A DNA stretch of 64,000 nt. Source: a virus. Below the pieces are notes generated by a model. That model did not search any database. It saw only the letters and a program-made list of their open reading frames with translations, and was not told where the DNA came from. The DNA is taken from IMG/VR virus record IMGVR_UViG_3300027805_000008, positions 1 to 64,000 of that record; one strand, written 5' to 3'. A program made the position numbers and the translations under genes. This document shows positions 55,047-64,000 of this stretch, piece by piece (the first letter of the stretch is position 1; each line of letters opens with the position of its first letter).

Positions 55047-55246
55047 CTTTAGAAGAAAAAATTGATATTATTAATAATAGAATTGATAATATGAATATCC
55101 ATATAGAAATTCTTGAGCGTGATATTGCTAGTAATCCAAACGATGACGTTGAGGGTAAAAGGCCCAGGATAGAAGTTTTGAATGACTTTTACCTTAAAAG
55201 ATCACTTATGCTGCAAGAAAGGGAAGCCTTGACTAATCAAGGTTAA
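55037..55246 (+). CDS. small coiled-coil protein (fibre chaperone-like)
   Basis: MGITLEEKIDIINNRI; start corrected. Confidence 0.6.
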   Translation: MGITLEEKIDIINNRIDNMNIHIEILERDIASNPNDDVEGKRPRIEVLNDFYLKRSLMLQEREALTNQG

Positions 55247-55274
55247 ATGATATAATTATGAAAGGAGGTAGATT

Positions 55275-55505
55275 ATGACTATTGAATTAACAAATGAAGA
55301 AAAGTTGAGTATTGTTAATCAGCATATCAAGTCTATAGATTATAGCATTTATGGACTACAGCTAGATTTGATGGAAGCTCAAGCACTTGATACCCCAGAT
55401 CCAATACAGATCTCGTCTGTTAGTGGAAGAATTACTTCTGCTAACGCTAGAAGATCCGTACTTGTCACTGAAAGAGATTCTTTGACACCTGAAACAGAAG
55501 AGTAA
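55275..55505 (+). CDS. small coiled-coil protein, similar to preceding gene
   Basis: LTNEEKLSIVNQHI; strong RBS. Confidence 0.7.
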   Translation: MTIELTNEEKLSIVNQHIKSIDYSIYGLQLDLMEAQALDTPDPIQISSVSGRITSANARRSVLVTERDSLTPETEE

Positions 55506-55509
55506 ATAA

Positions 55510-55713
55510 ATGGCAGATAAGGCTCAGTTAGTAATAACAGCATTACAGCAAAGAATCGGCGAAATTGTTTCTAATTACGAAACTCAAATTGCAATTTTAC
55601 GTGCAGACTATACAAATGCTATGGAGCAGTTGAATAATAAAGAAAGAGAAGCGGATGCTAAAGTTGAAGCGGCAGAAGCCTATTCAGAAAAACTTAATAA
55701 CCTTACCGACTAA
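55510..55713 (+). CDS. small coiled-coil protein
   Basis: 67 aa ORF. Confidence 0.65.
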   Translation: MADKAQLVITALQQRIGEIVSNYETQIAILRADYTNAMEQLNNKEREADAKVEAAEAYSEKLNNLTD

Positions 55714-56059
55714 TTTCCCTTCAGGTATTGCTGTTAAAACAGATAAAGATACCTATTGGATTAAAGACGGTAAAAGGTACAGGCTAATTTCAGATAGGGC
55801 CGCCCAGTCTTGGTGTTTTACTACGGTATTAGCAACTGAGGCGGCATTATCGGGAATTAAATTGGCTGGTAAGCTAGGCTTCAGAGACGGTACCTTGATC
55901 AAGAATGTTGCTGATGGTAAAATGTATTTATTGTCACAAAATAAACTAAGACACATTGTTGACCCAGATTCTTTTAATAAGTATGGTTTAGATAGGTCAA
56001 AAATGATTGAGGTTTCAGAAAAAGAAATTTCAGCACATGATTTAGGAGAAAGTATATAA
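55655..56059 (+). CDS. hypothetical protein with duplicated Y.I..GK.R.I motif
   Basis: TYWIKDGKRYRL / MYLLSQNKLRHI. Confidence 0.6.
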   Translation: MLKLKRQKPIQKNLITLPTNFPSGIAVKTDKDTYWIKDGKRYRLISDRAAQSWCFTTVLATEAALSGIKLAGKLGFRDGTLIKNVADGKMYLLSQNKLRHIVDPDSFNKYGLDRSKMIEVSEKEISAHDLGESI

Positions 56060-56493
56060 TGAGCGACACATTTAACGATGGAGATCCAATAGATGCAACA
56101 CTATTACAAAAATTAAAAACAGATGTTGCTAAGGCTACTGCATTGGCTGGAGCAAAAGTTAGTGCTGGTTCAAACATTAATGTTGGCGATCTTACAGATA
56201 GGAGTGCAGGAGATATCACAACCCCTACATTTTTTGGAGGAAAAACGTCTTCTCAAAAAGTAATTAAGGGTATTCGTTCTACATTCAATATTGATTATTC
56301 AGGTGCTAAATTTTCTGGCAAGCCTTCCGCAATAACACTAACAGCTATTTCTAAGGATGGACTTGCGGATATAAATGAACCATCTATAATTAGTGGATCT
56401 GTTACACAGACTGGTGCAGAGGCACAAATATGGGGTGCTGGAGATCCTAAAACCATAACATTGTTTTTTATAGCAGTACAAAATCAAAATTAA
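56059..56493 (+). CDS. hypothetical structural-like protein
   Basis: 144 aa ORF. Confidence 0.6.
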   Translation: MSDTFNDGDPIDATLLQKLKTDVAKATALAGAKVSAGSNINVGDLTDRSAGDITTPTFFGGKTSSQKVIKGIRSTFNIDYSGAKFSGKPSAITLTAISKDGLADINEPSIISGSVTQTGAEAQIWGAGDPKTITLFFIAVQNQN

Positions 56494-56497
56494 TCTA

Positions 56498-56564
56498 TTG
56501 ACAATCTAATTCTATATGCTACAATTTAGATAATATCAAGGTCACGACTCCGTGACCCTTTTTT
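56498..56564 (+). promoter_or_regulatory. consensus TTGACA..TACAAT promoter followed by a terminator-like hairpin
   Basis: TTGACA..TGCTACAAT; GGTCACG-actc-CGTGACC-cTTTTTT. Confidence 0.65.
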
Positions 56565-56579
56565 ACGCAGGGAAGTTAA

Positions 56580-57380
56580 ATGACAAACGATTTAAAATGG
56601 ATGTTGTCATCCGATCAGCAATTCCCTTATCAAGATGATAAGATGATTGCGCTATGGTTTAAAGTTATGAAGTGGTTTAAGCCAGATGTGGTAGATTATC
56701 TAGGTGATACTGACGACCAAGCTTGCTATAGCAAATATACGGAAGGAAGATCTGCAGAATTTCTTCAACTTCATAAAGATGACAGTCGTGATTTAATTGT
56801 TCCAATGATGCGTCATGAGGCAAAAGGTGCGAGAGATTTTTATGCAAAGACTCGTGAGATGCTTCCAGATGCACAATTATTTTCAGCATTAGGAAACCAC
56901 GATATACGAATCTTTGATTACATAGATAAAAAGCTTCCAGATTATGCAAAGGATGTTACTCCAGAGTCGCTATGGTCTTTAGATTCATTGGGTTACGAGT
57001 ATATTTATTATGACTCATTGCCTAAACGCCGATTTGGAGATGTTCACGTACATCACGGAATTTCTATTGCAGCAACGGGATCTGTTCGTAAGGATATGGA
57101 AGACCTACAGGTATCACTTATTAGAGGCCACTCACACAGAATTGCTTCCCATATGGTAACATATGAACTTAGAAACGGTGGCGAAGGAGAAACTCTTCGT
57201 GGTTATGAGATAGGACACATGTGTGATGAAAAGGGTCCAGGAATGAAGTATACTCAGCATCATGATTGGCAAAAGGGATTTGCTATTGCACATATTGTAA
57301 ATGACTATCCACATATTCAGATGATTCATATTGCTCCAGACTACTCTTGCGTTGTAGATGGGAAGACATTCTCGATATGA
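56580..57380 (+). CDS. calcineurin-like metallophosphoesterase
   Basis: SDQQ, LGD..D, GNHD, HHG, GHSH. Confidence 0.85.
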   Translation: MTNDLKWMLSSDQQFPYQDDKMIALWFKVMKWFKPDVVDYLGDTDDQACYSKYTEGRSAEFLQLHKDDSRDLIVPMMRHEAKGARDFYAKTREMLPDAQLFSALGNHDIRIFDYIDKKLPDYAKDVTPESLWSLDSLGYEYIYYDSLPKRRFGDVHVHHGISIAATGSVRKDMEDLQVSLIRGHSHRIASHMVTYELRNGGEGETLRGYEIGHMCDEKGPGMKYTQHHDWQKGFAIAHIVNDYPHIQMIHIAPDYSCVVDGKTFSI

Positions 57381-57565
57381 TGAAATGTGGAAGGTGTAAC
57401 GGAAGAGTCTTTATTGATAGAGTATTCTCTCAAAAACTACACACAGAATTGTTTTGCATCCTATGCGGAAAGCGTTGGATGATCAATAAAGAAACGAATG
57501 CATTCGGTAAATGGCTAGAGAAAACAGACAGCGACTACGCAAAAAATTCGTCTATTTCTTCTTAA
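57377..57565 (+). CDS. zinc-ribbon protein
   Basis: CGRC..CILCG; ATGA overlap. Confidence 0.7.
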   Translation: MMKCGRCNGRVFIDRVFSQKLHTELFCILCGKRWMINKETNAFGKWLEKTDSDYAKNSSISS

Positions 57566-57993
57566 ATGGTAAGGTACATAAAGTACTAAAGCTATCTAGA
57601 GCTAAAGACGAAGTTATAGCATGGTGCTATCCCGACAAAAAAAGATTAATGTATTCTTATTCTCAGGTAGACAAGGGCATGGAGCGAGCATATAGTGTTG
57701 TAGAGGCTAGTAAGATATTAGGCAGGCATAGGGTAACAATTGAAGAATATATTTTACAGGGTAAAATAAAACAGCCACAAAAAGTATATCCAATTAGTAA
57801 TCCAGACAGCACCTGGTCTAAATATATGTTGAGCGAATCGGACATTTTGGACATTCATCAATTTATTATTGATGCTGGACATATTAGAGATTTGCCATCA
57901 AGATCAGAATTGCAGGCTATTCTCAAACACAATTTAATATTGTATACTAAGACAGAAGATGGAAAATTTGTACCTGTATGGAAGGCGGAATAA
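57511..57993 (+). CDS. helix-turn-helix (MerR/excisionase-like) DNA-binding protein
   Basis: YSVVEASKILGRHRVTIEEYILQGKI. Confidence 0.7.
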   Translation: MARENRQRLRKKFVYFFLNGKVHKVLKLSRAKDEVIAWCYPDKKRLMYSYSQVDKGMERAYSVVEASKILGRHRVTIEEYILQGKIKQPQKVYPISNPDSTWSKYMLSESDILDIHQFIIDAGHIRDLPSRSELQAILKHNLILYTKTEDGKFVPVWKAE

Positions 57994-58199
57994 TGTCAGA
58001 AACAAGAGTAAAGGTGGACCTATCGTTCACACGCAATTTAGGAAACTACGAAAGTATTAAGATCGGTATTGGCGTGGAAGATGATGTTCGTAGTGGAGAG
58101 AATGTTGATGCTGCTACTGAAAGAGTATATGCTTTTGTTGAGAGTAAGCTAATTGAGAAAACTCGTGAGGTTGAAGAGGAATTAAAACGTGGCAAGTGA
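57993..58199 (+). CDS. conserved small phage protein
   Basis: TRNLGNYESIKI motif. Confidence 0.7.
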   Translation: MSETRVKVDLSFTRNLGNYESIKIGIGVEDDVRSGENVDAATERVYAFVESKLIEKTREVEEELKRGK

Positions 58200-58509
58200 G
58201 AAAGAGCCATATGTTTTAATTGGTCTATACGAAAATCTTTATAACGAAAAGTATGGAAGAAAACCACGCATAAATAAATTTCGTGAGAAATGGGCTATGC
58301 AGGATGTTATTGACAGCGTAGGTTTTGACAAAGCCAGGGATCTTTTGGTATATTATTTTAAGACAACGAAGTCTGGTCATCCACTTAACTTTTTTTTCTA
58401 TAACTTTGATAAAATGGATTACGCAAAAACAGAACGTGAAAAAGATGAGAAGCATCGTCGATTGCTACTTAAAGCAACGAAAGAATTAGTTGAAGGCGGG
58501 AACGAGTGA
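58189..58509 (+). CDS. hypothetical protein (possible helicase loader/initiator)
   Basis: immediately upstream of helicase. Confidence 0.6.
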   Translation: MASEKEPYVLIGLYENLYNEKYGRKPRINKFREKWAMQDVIDSVGFDKARDLLVYYFKTTKSGHPLNFFFYNFDKMDYAKTEREKDEKHRRLLLKATKELVEGGNE

Positions 58510-59750
58510 ATACAGAAGCAGAATTAATCTCAGCAGTATGCAAGAATAAGGATATTAGCACACTCCTTGCAGACAATGTTGATGAAATATTCACATCTCA
58601 CAAAGATATTTGGGATTCATTAAAGTCTTATTATTATAAGTTTAAGGCAGTTCCAGAAGTTGGAATCCTTATGGAAAGATTTAAAGATTTTGATCCAGTT
58701 GAAACAAAGGGTGAGACTGGTTATTATTTAGATAAACTTAAGAATGAATATCTAACTGGAAGACTAAAGAATATTATTCTGCAAAGTGGATCTGCTCTAA
58801 GAGAAGATGCAGCTTCTAGAGTATTGGGTGACTTGCAGGCAAAGCTTTCACAGCTTTCAAAGTTTACCAATAACGTACGTGACGTAGATATTACTGATAT
58901 CGAATTAGCGGAAAAGCATTTCTTGGCCGTTAAAGAGCGTTCTAATATTATGGGTGGCGCTCCAGGAATTCTAACAGGCTTCGACGCTATCGATAAGGCA
59001 TATCCTACAGGAATGGCACCTGGACACCTTATTGTGGCTATTGGTTGGCCAGGACGTGGTAAAACATGGTTCACATCGTATCTTGCTTGTAAGGCCTGGG
59101 AGCAAGGGTTTAAGCCCATGATTGTATCTCTTGAAATGTCACCAGAGAATATGCGTGACCGTATTTACACAATGATGGGCTCTGGTCTATTTCGTGCCTC
59201 GGACTTCGCAAGAGGCGATGTTAACGTTGATACCTTTAGGTCATGGGGTCAGAAAAGATTTGAAAACAAAAATGGATTCATTCTAGTATCTAACGAAGGT
59301 ATGGGTGAAGTTAACGCTAATACTGTTCAGGCAAAGATAGATCAGCATAAACCAGACCTAGTAATCCTTGATTATCATCAGCTATTTTCAGATAATAAGA
59401 GAAGCTCTGGCGCAACTGAGCGCAACATGAATGTGTCTCGTGAATTTAAAATGCTAGCCATGACAAATAACATTCCAGTGATTGATATTACTGCAGCAAC
59501 AATGGATGACATTACCGATCAGGATGCTCCGCCCATGCTGTCTCAGGTTGCTTGGTCAAAAGCAATTGAATATGATGCAGATATGGCAATTGCAATTCAT
59601 AAGTATACAGATACTAATATGATTGAAGTTGTTAGTAGAAAGAATCGTCATGGTCAGGATTTTAATGTGTTCTTAGATTGGGATATCAACAGGGGTATCA
59701 TCAAAGAGATTTATGAGAATCCGTTTGCTAATGACGCATCGAAAAATTAA
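58506..59750 (+). CDS. dnaB: DnaB-like replicative helicase
   Basis: GWPGRGKT, SLEM, ILDY, IEYDAD, KNRHG. Confidence 0.9.
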   Translation: MNTEAELISAVCKNKDISTLLADNVDEIFTSHKDIWDSLKSYYYKFKAVPEVGILMERFKDFDPVETKGETGYYLDKLKNEYLTGRLKNIILQSGSALREDAASRVLGDLQAKLSQLSKFTNNVRDVDITDIELAEKHFLAVKERSNIMGGAPGILTGFDAIDKAYPTGMAPGHLIVAIGWPGRGKTWFTSYLACKAWEQGFKPMIVSLEMSPENMRDRIYTMMGSGLFRASDFARGDVNVDTFRSWGQKRFENKNGFILVSNEGMGEVNANTVQAKIDQHKPDLVILDYHQLFSDNKRSSGATERNMNVSREFKMLAMTNNIPVIDITAATMDDITDQDAPPMLSQVAWSKAIEYDADMAIAIHKYTDTNMIEVVSRKNRHGQDFNVFLDWDINRGIIKEIYENPFANDASKN

Positions 59751-60033
59751 AAGATTTCAAATCGATGTAGAGTTTCAAGATAATGCTCAGTTAATTAGTT
59801 TGAGACCACAGTATGAGAATTTACTGGTTCAGGACATGAGAGGTAAAGGCTACGTCAGAGTACTTGACATAGACCCAGCTTTTTCGGTAGAATTTACGGG
59901 CGAGACATGGAAGTTCTTGATGAGCATTCATGGTGTTTATGTGGGAAAGAAGAAAGCATGGCAATTAGAGGGTATAACACAAGGGAAGTCGATACCACGC
60001 ACTACACGCCAACGCACATCAAGTCGATCCTAA
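59731..60033 (+). CDS. hypothetical protein between helicase and primase
   Basis: MTHRKIKRFQID..; overlaps neighbours. Confidence 0.6.
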   Translation: MTHRKIKRFQIDVEFQDNAQLISLRPQYENLLVQDMRGKGYVRVLDIDPAFSVEFTGETWKFLMSIHGVYVGKKKAWQLEGITQGKSIPRTTRQRTSSRS

Positions 60034-60956
60034 AATCTATAGGACTTGAAATTGTTGGTGAGACTGGTAATGACTTTCTATGCTACTGCCCATTTCATTC
60101 CAATAGGCATACATCTAGTTTTAGCGTAAGTCGTGAAAAGGGGGCATTTATATGCTTTAATCCTTCATGCGGTGAGGCTGGAACTTTACAGGAGCTTGTA
60201 AAGCGTGTTATGAACAAGAACGAGTTTGAAGCAATGAGGTTTATTGCAACAAAAGAGGCTGAGTCACTAGAGAACTTTGACTCATTGCTTTCAGATGCCA
60301 TGGAAGAAAAACCAGTATTTGAAGAATTTTCTTTAGACATATTAAATAAACTAAGTAAAGAATTGTTATCTACAGAAGAAGGAAAGTCTTATTTTAAATC
60401 TAGAGGTATCGAAGAAGAGTCTATGAGACACTTTGATTTAGGATACTCTAAGAATATGGGAATGGTTACAGTTCCAGTTCACAGCCCAGACGGAATGCCA
60501 ATAGGAATTGTTGGCAGATCAATTGAAGGTAAGTCTTTTAAAAATAGCACCAATTTGCCAAAGAGCAAAACATTATTTAATATTCATCGTGCTAAAAAAA
60601 TTGGTAACCATGTTATAGTTGTGGAGTCTAGCTTTGATGCAATCCGTGTGCATCAGGCTGGATTTCCAAATGTAGTTGCTACACTTGGTGGTTTTCTTTC
60701 CACAGAGCAGCAAAATCTTTTAAATAGACACTTTAATAAAATAACTGTTATGACTGATGCTGACCAAGCTGGTAGAGAATTAGGCAAAAGCATAGTAAAT
60801 AAATTAAGGTTCAAAGACCTCTTGTGGGCTTCGTACGAATATGGTAAGATATATCCTCATGATGCAAAAGATGTTGGCGACATGACCGATGAGGAAATAA
60901 AAACCTGCATTAAAAATTCTGTATCCGACATAGAATACAGATCTTGGAACTCGTGA
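59958..60956 (+). CDS. dnaG: DNA primase (CHC2 zinc finger plus TOPRIM)
   Basis: CPFH..CF..C; VVESSFDA; DADQAG. Confidence 0.9.
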   Translation: MAIRGYNTREVDTTHYTPTHIKSILKSIGLEIVGETGNDFLCYCPFHSNRHTSSFSVSREKGAFICFNPSCGEAGTLQELVKRVMNKNEFEAMRFIATKEAESLENFDSLLSDAMEEKPVFEEFSLDILNKLSKELLSTEEGKSYFKSRGIEEESMRHFDLGYSKNMGMVTVPVHSPDGMPIGIVGRSIEGKSFKNSTNLPKSKTLFNIHRAKKIGNHVIVVESSFDAIRVHQAGFPNVVATLGGFLSTEQQNLLNRHFNKITVMTDADQAGRELGKSIVNKLRFKDLLWASYEYGKIYPHDAKDVGDMTDEEIKTCIKNSVSDIEYRSWNS

Positions 60957-61008
60957 TATAATAAAAAATACAGATGGATTTATACCATCAACTATAAAGG
61001 AGATATAA

Positions 61009-61680
61009 ATGAGTATAGTAAAGGGTCTAAAAGACCTCAACAAGGCACTAGATAAGCCTACCTATAGCGGTGGCGATGAGAACAAGGGTCGTTGGCTAAA
61101 GATTGAAGACGGCGAAAGCGTAAAGATCAGATTCCTACAGGAACTTGATCCAGACTCACCAACATATAATGACAAGCTTGGATGCGGATTTATTGCATTA
61201 GAGCACACAAACCCAAAGGACTACCGTCGTAAGGCTCTAGATACAATGGAGACTGAGGGCCGTGATTGGGCAAACGAACAACACCGTAAGGATCCAAAGG
61301 CTGGCTGGAAAGCCAGAACACGCCTCTACATCAACGTCTTGGTGGACGATGGTAAAGAGGAGCCATACGTAGCAATTCTTTCACAAGGAACAAGCGGTAA
61401 AACAATTACTCCTACCCTAATTGAATACGCTGGTGAAATGGGAAGCATCACAAACCTAATGTGGAGAATCAAGCGTAACGGTTCAAAAACAGATACAAGT
61501 TATACAATTATTCCATTAGGAAAAGACGAAGCTCCATTTGATTTTTCAGGACTAGAATTGTATGATCTTGAAAAGACTGCAGTTCGTCATGTTCCATATG
61601 CAGAGCAAGAAGCTTTTTATATGGGAGAAAATGGTAATACAGAAGAGTCTTCTGCTTCATCTAGCAGCGTAGACTGGTAA
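61009..61680 (+). CDS. single-stranded DNA-binding protein (gp32-like)
   Basis: KIRFL, IKRNG..DTSY.I, acidic tail ending in W. Confidence 0.7.
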   Translation: MSIVKGLKDLNKALDKPTYSGGDENKGRWLKIEDGESVKIRFLQELDPDSPTYNDKLGCGFIALEHTNPKDYRRKALDTMETEGRDWANEQHRKDPKAGWKARTRLYINVLVDDGKEEPYVAILSQGTSGKTITPTLIEYAGEMGSITNLMWRIKRNGSKTDTSYTIIPLGKDEAPFDFSGLELYDLEKTAVRHVPYAEQEAFYMGENGNTEESSASSSSVDW

Positions 61681-61704
61681 TATAAAGTTAAAGGCGGAGA
61701 GTTA

Positions 61705-64000
61705 ATGTCATTCACACATTTACATGTGCATTCTTACTATTCATTAATGGATGGTCTTAACTCTCCTGCCGAACTTGTAAAAGCAGCGAAAGATGCTGGC
61801 CAAACAGCATTGGCAATAACAGATCACGGAACATTATCTTCGCACCGTGAAATGCAGATTGCGTGTAAGGAGCAGGGCATCAAACCCATCCTTGGAGTAG
61901 AAGCGTATATATCCCCGACAGATAGGTTTGATCGCTCCTCTAAAACAGATAAGTCTATTCAAGCTTACAATCATATTATTTTATTAGCAAAGAATAAAAA
62001 AGGCCTTGAGAATATAAATATTTTGCAAGAGCTTGCTTGGAATGAAGGCTTTTATCATAAGCCACGTATTGATAGAGAGGTATTAAAAGAATATGCAGAA
62101 GGCATTATTGTCCTTTCTGGTTGCCTTAACGGACTTATTTCTAAGGCTATTGAGAAGGGCGAATTTTCAGAAGCCAAGCTTATACTCAAAGATTTTAGTA
62201 ACACTTTTGGAAAAGACTTTTATATTGAGGTGCAGTCTCATAATCCGCATGAAATAAATTCTAAGCTTTTAGAGTTAGCGGATGAACTTAAAATTAAGGC
62301 GGTGGCAACAGGAGATGCTCACTTTGCTAAAGAAGAAGATCGTATATTAGAAGAGGCTATGCTTATTCTATCAACATCCCCTAAGTCTGATAAAGAAGCA
62401 GACTTTGATATGTCTAGGAATATTAAAGATATGTTAGATAGATTTAACTATCTTTATCCAGACAGAAAGATCTCATTTGCAGACTATAATTTATTCATTC
62501 AGACTAGAGATGAAATTGAGGCTGACTTTAATAAGGCTGGAATTACTCGCAAGGATATCTATGAGAATACAATGGAGATAGCCGATAAAATTGGAGAATA
62601 CGACTTTAACAGTGGATTAGACCTGCTCCCTGTCCCTAAGACCAATGCTGATAAAAAGCTTTCTGAAATGGCCTTAGAAGGCCTTAAAAGGCTAAACCTG
62701 TCAGGGGATAAGGTCTACCTAGACAGACTTGAAGAGGAGTTATCTGTAATTAAAGATAAGTCGTTTGCCTCATATTTTCTAGTTGTTGGAGACATGATTA
62801 ATTGGGCCAAGGAAAATAATATTATGGTTGGTCCAGGACGTGGATCTGCCGCTGGATCTTTAGTTTGCTATACATTGGGTATCACGGATGTGGATCCAAT
62901 TAAATATGACCTTCTATTCTTCCGTTTTATTAACCCAGAACGTAATGACTTTCCTGATATAGACACGGACTTTGAAGACCGCCGTCGTAAAGAAGTTAAA
63001 GATTATTTAAAGAAAAAGTTTAAGCACGTTGCATCTATTTCAACATACACATACTTCAAGGATAAAGGTGTAATTCGTGATGCTGCTCGTGTATTCATGG
63101 TGCCGTTGTCTGATGTTAATCGTGCAATGAAATCAATCGATACGTTTGAAGACTTTATGGATTCTCCAAATACAAAAGAATTTAGAATGAAATACCCAGA
63201 AGTCGTCTGGCTTGCAGAAAGATTGCGTGGCAAGATTCGAAGCGTAGGCGTACATGCTGCGGGAGTTGTTGTAGCTAAAGATGACATTCGTAAGTTTGCT
63301 CCAGTAGAATCTCGTGCAGATGCTAGTGATGATGTGTCAGGTAGAATTCCAGTCGTTGCATACGACATGGATACGGTTGCAGATATAGGTCTTATTAAAC
63401 TAGATGCACTAGGACTTAAGACCTTATCTGTGATATCAGATACATTAAAGTCTATTAAGGATCGAAGCGGGAAGCAAATTAATCTTTCCAGCCTTCCTTT
63501 AGACGACCCTAAAGTTTATAAGACACTAAGCGAAGGATATACAAAGGGAGTGTTCCAGGCAGAAGCAACTCCATATACTAACCTATTGATTAAAATGGGA
63601 GTAAGCGTATTTGAAGATCTTGCTGCATCAAATGCATTGGTAAGACCAGGAGCTATGAATACTGTGGGAGCATCTTACATTAAACGTAAGCATGGCCAAG
63701 AAGCTGTTCAGTACATCCACCCAATCATGAAGCCTTTTACAGAAAATACATACGGTGTTATTATATATCAAGAGCAGGTTATGCAGGCTTGTGTACACTT
63801 AGGCGGAATGTCTTGGTCAGAGGCTGATAAAGTCCGAAAGATTATTGGAAAGAAGAAAGATGCAAAAGAATTTGACGAGTTCAAAGATAGGTTTATTATT
63901 GGGGCTTCAAAACACATTTCTAAGAAGCAAGCCGAAACCTTATGGCATACTTTCGAGGCTCATGCTGGCTATTCTTTTAACCGCTCTCATGCTGTTGCTT
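61705..64000 (+). CDS. dnaE: DNA polymerase III alpha subunit (family C), truncated by window end
   Basis: FTHLHVHSYYSLMDG, AITDHG, GPGRGSAAGS, PDIDTD, YSFNRSHAVA. Confidence 0.95.
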   Translation, partial: MSFTHLHVHSYYSLMDGLNSPAELVKAAKDAGQTALAITDHGTLSSHREMQIACKEQGIKPILGVEAYISPTDRFDRSSKTDKSIQAYNHIILLAKNKKGLENINILQELAWNEGFYHKPRIDREVLKEYAEGIIVLSGCLNGLISKAIEKGEFSEAKLILKDFSNTFGKDFYIEVQSHNPHEINSKLLELADELKIKAVATGDAHFAKEEDRILEEAMLILSTSPKSDKEADFDMSRNIKDMLDRFNYLYPDRKISFADYNLFIQTRDEIEADFNKAGITRKDIYENTMEIADKIGEYDFNSGLDLLPVPKTNADKKLSEMALEGLKRLNLSGDKVYLDRLEEELSVIKDKSFASYFLVVGDMINWAKENNIMVGPGRGSAAGSLVCYTLGITDVDPIKYDLLFFRFINPERNDFPDIDTDFEDRRRKEVKDYLKKKFKHVASISTYTYFKDKGVIRDAARVFMVPLSDVNRAMKSIDTFEDFMDSPNTKEFRMKYPEVVWLAERLRGKIRSVGVHAAGVVVAKDDIRKFAPVESRADASDDVSGRIPVVAYDMDTVADIGLIKLDALGLKTLSVISDTLKSIKDRSGKQINLSSLPLDDPKVYKTLSEGYTKGVFQAEATPYTNLLIKMGVSVFEDLAASNALVRPGAMNTVGASYIKRKHGQEAVQYIHPIMKPFTENTYGVIIYQEQVMQACVHLGGMSWSEADKVRKIIGKKKDAKEFDEFKDRFIIGASKHISKKQAETLWHTFEAHAGYSFNRSHAVA

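Noticed and set aside
2459-63368. Numerous short antisense or alternate-frame ORFs in the track (e.g. 2459-2755, 3523-3744, 9583-10006 minus, 15237-15809, 17976-18332, 19220-20449 minus, 63003-63368)
   Set aside because: They shadow well-supported genes on the other strand or frame and lack an RBS or motifs
14593-64000. Inteins, introns or stop-codon recoding in RNR, helicase or DnaE
   Set aside because: Proteins have normal lengths with contiguous motifs under the standard code, and no suppressor tRNA is present

Overview
This is a 64 kb segment of a large, low-GC siphovirus genome. The host is most likely an actinobacterium, inferred from its regulatory motifs. (1) 1-8.9 kb: leftward putative early region of about 35 tiny ORFs, several of them paralogous, in short transcription units. 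Thirteen promoters match exactly TGTCRG-N10-TANNNT, the actinobacterial PafBC-dependent (RecA-NDp, -26 element) DNA-damage promoter. The intergenic modules upstream carry helically phased CRP boxes, DnaA boxes, WhiA-type GACAC motifs, a tandem ArgR-type operator, unassigned repeats and a conserved CCCGCA..TGCGGG hairpin. Together these look like an array that reads or titrates host global regulators, which is the main discovery. (2) 8.9-16.8 kb: tRNA-Ile(UAU), tRNA-Asn, tRNA-Arg(UCU), micro zinc-finger ORFs, HNH nuclease, a stand-alone sRNA, lytic transglycosylase, glycosyltransferase, class II ribonucleotide reductase and a holin. (3) 16.9-27.7 kb: fibre/adhesin-like genes plus a second glycosyltransferase. 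(4) 27.8-56.5 kb: portal, protease/scaffold, capsid, head-tail genes, major tail protein, tail chaperone with a -1 frameshift, tape measure protein with an inserted DRGH nuclease-like cassette, tail tip and FN3 fibres. (5) 56.6-64 kb: phosphoesterase, DnaB helicase, primase, SSB and a truncated DnaE polymerase. No terminase, integrase or CRISPR array is visible.
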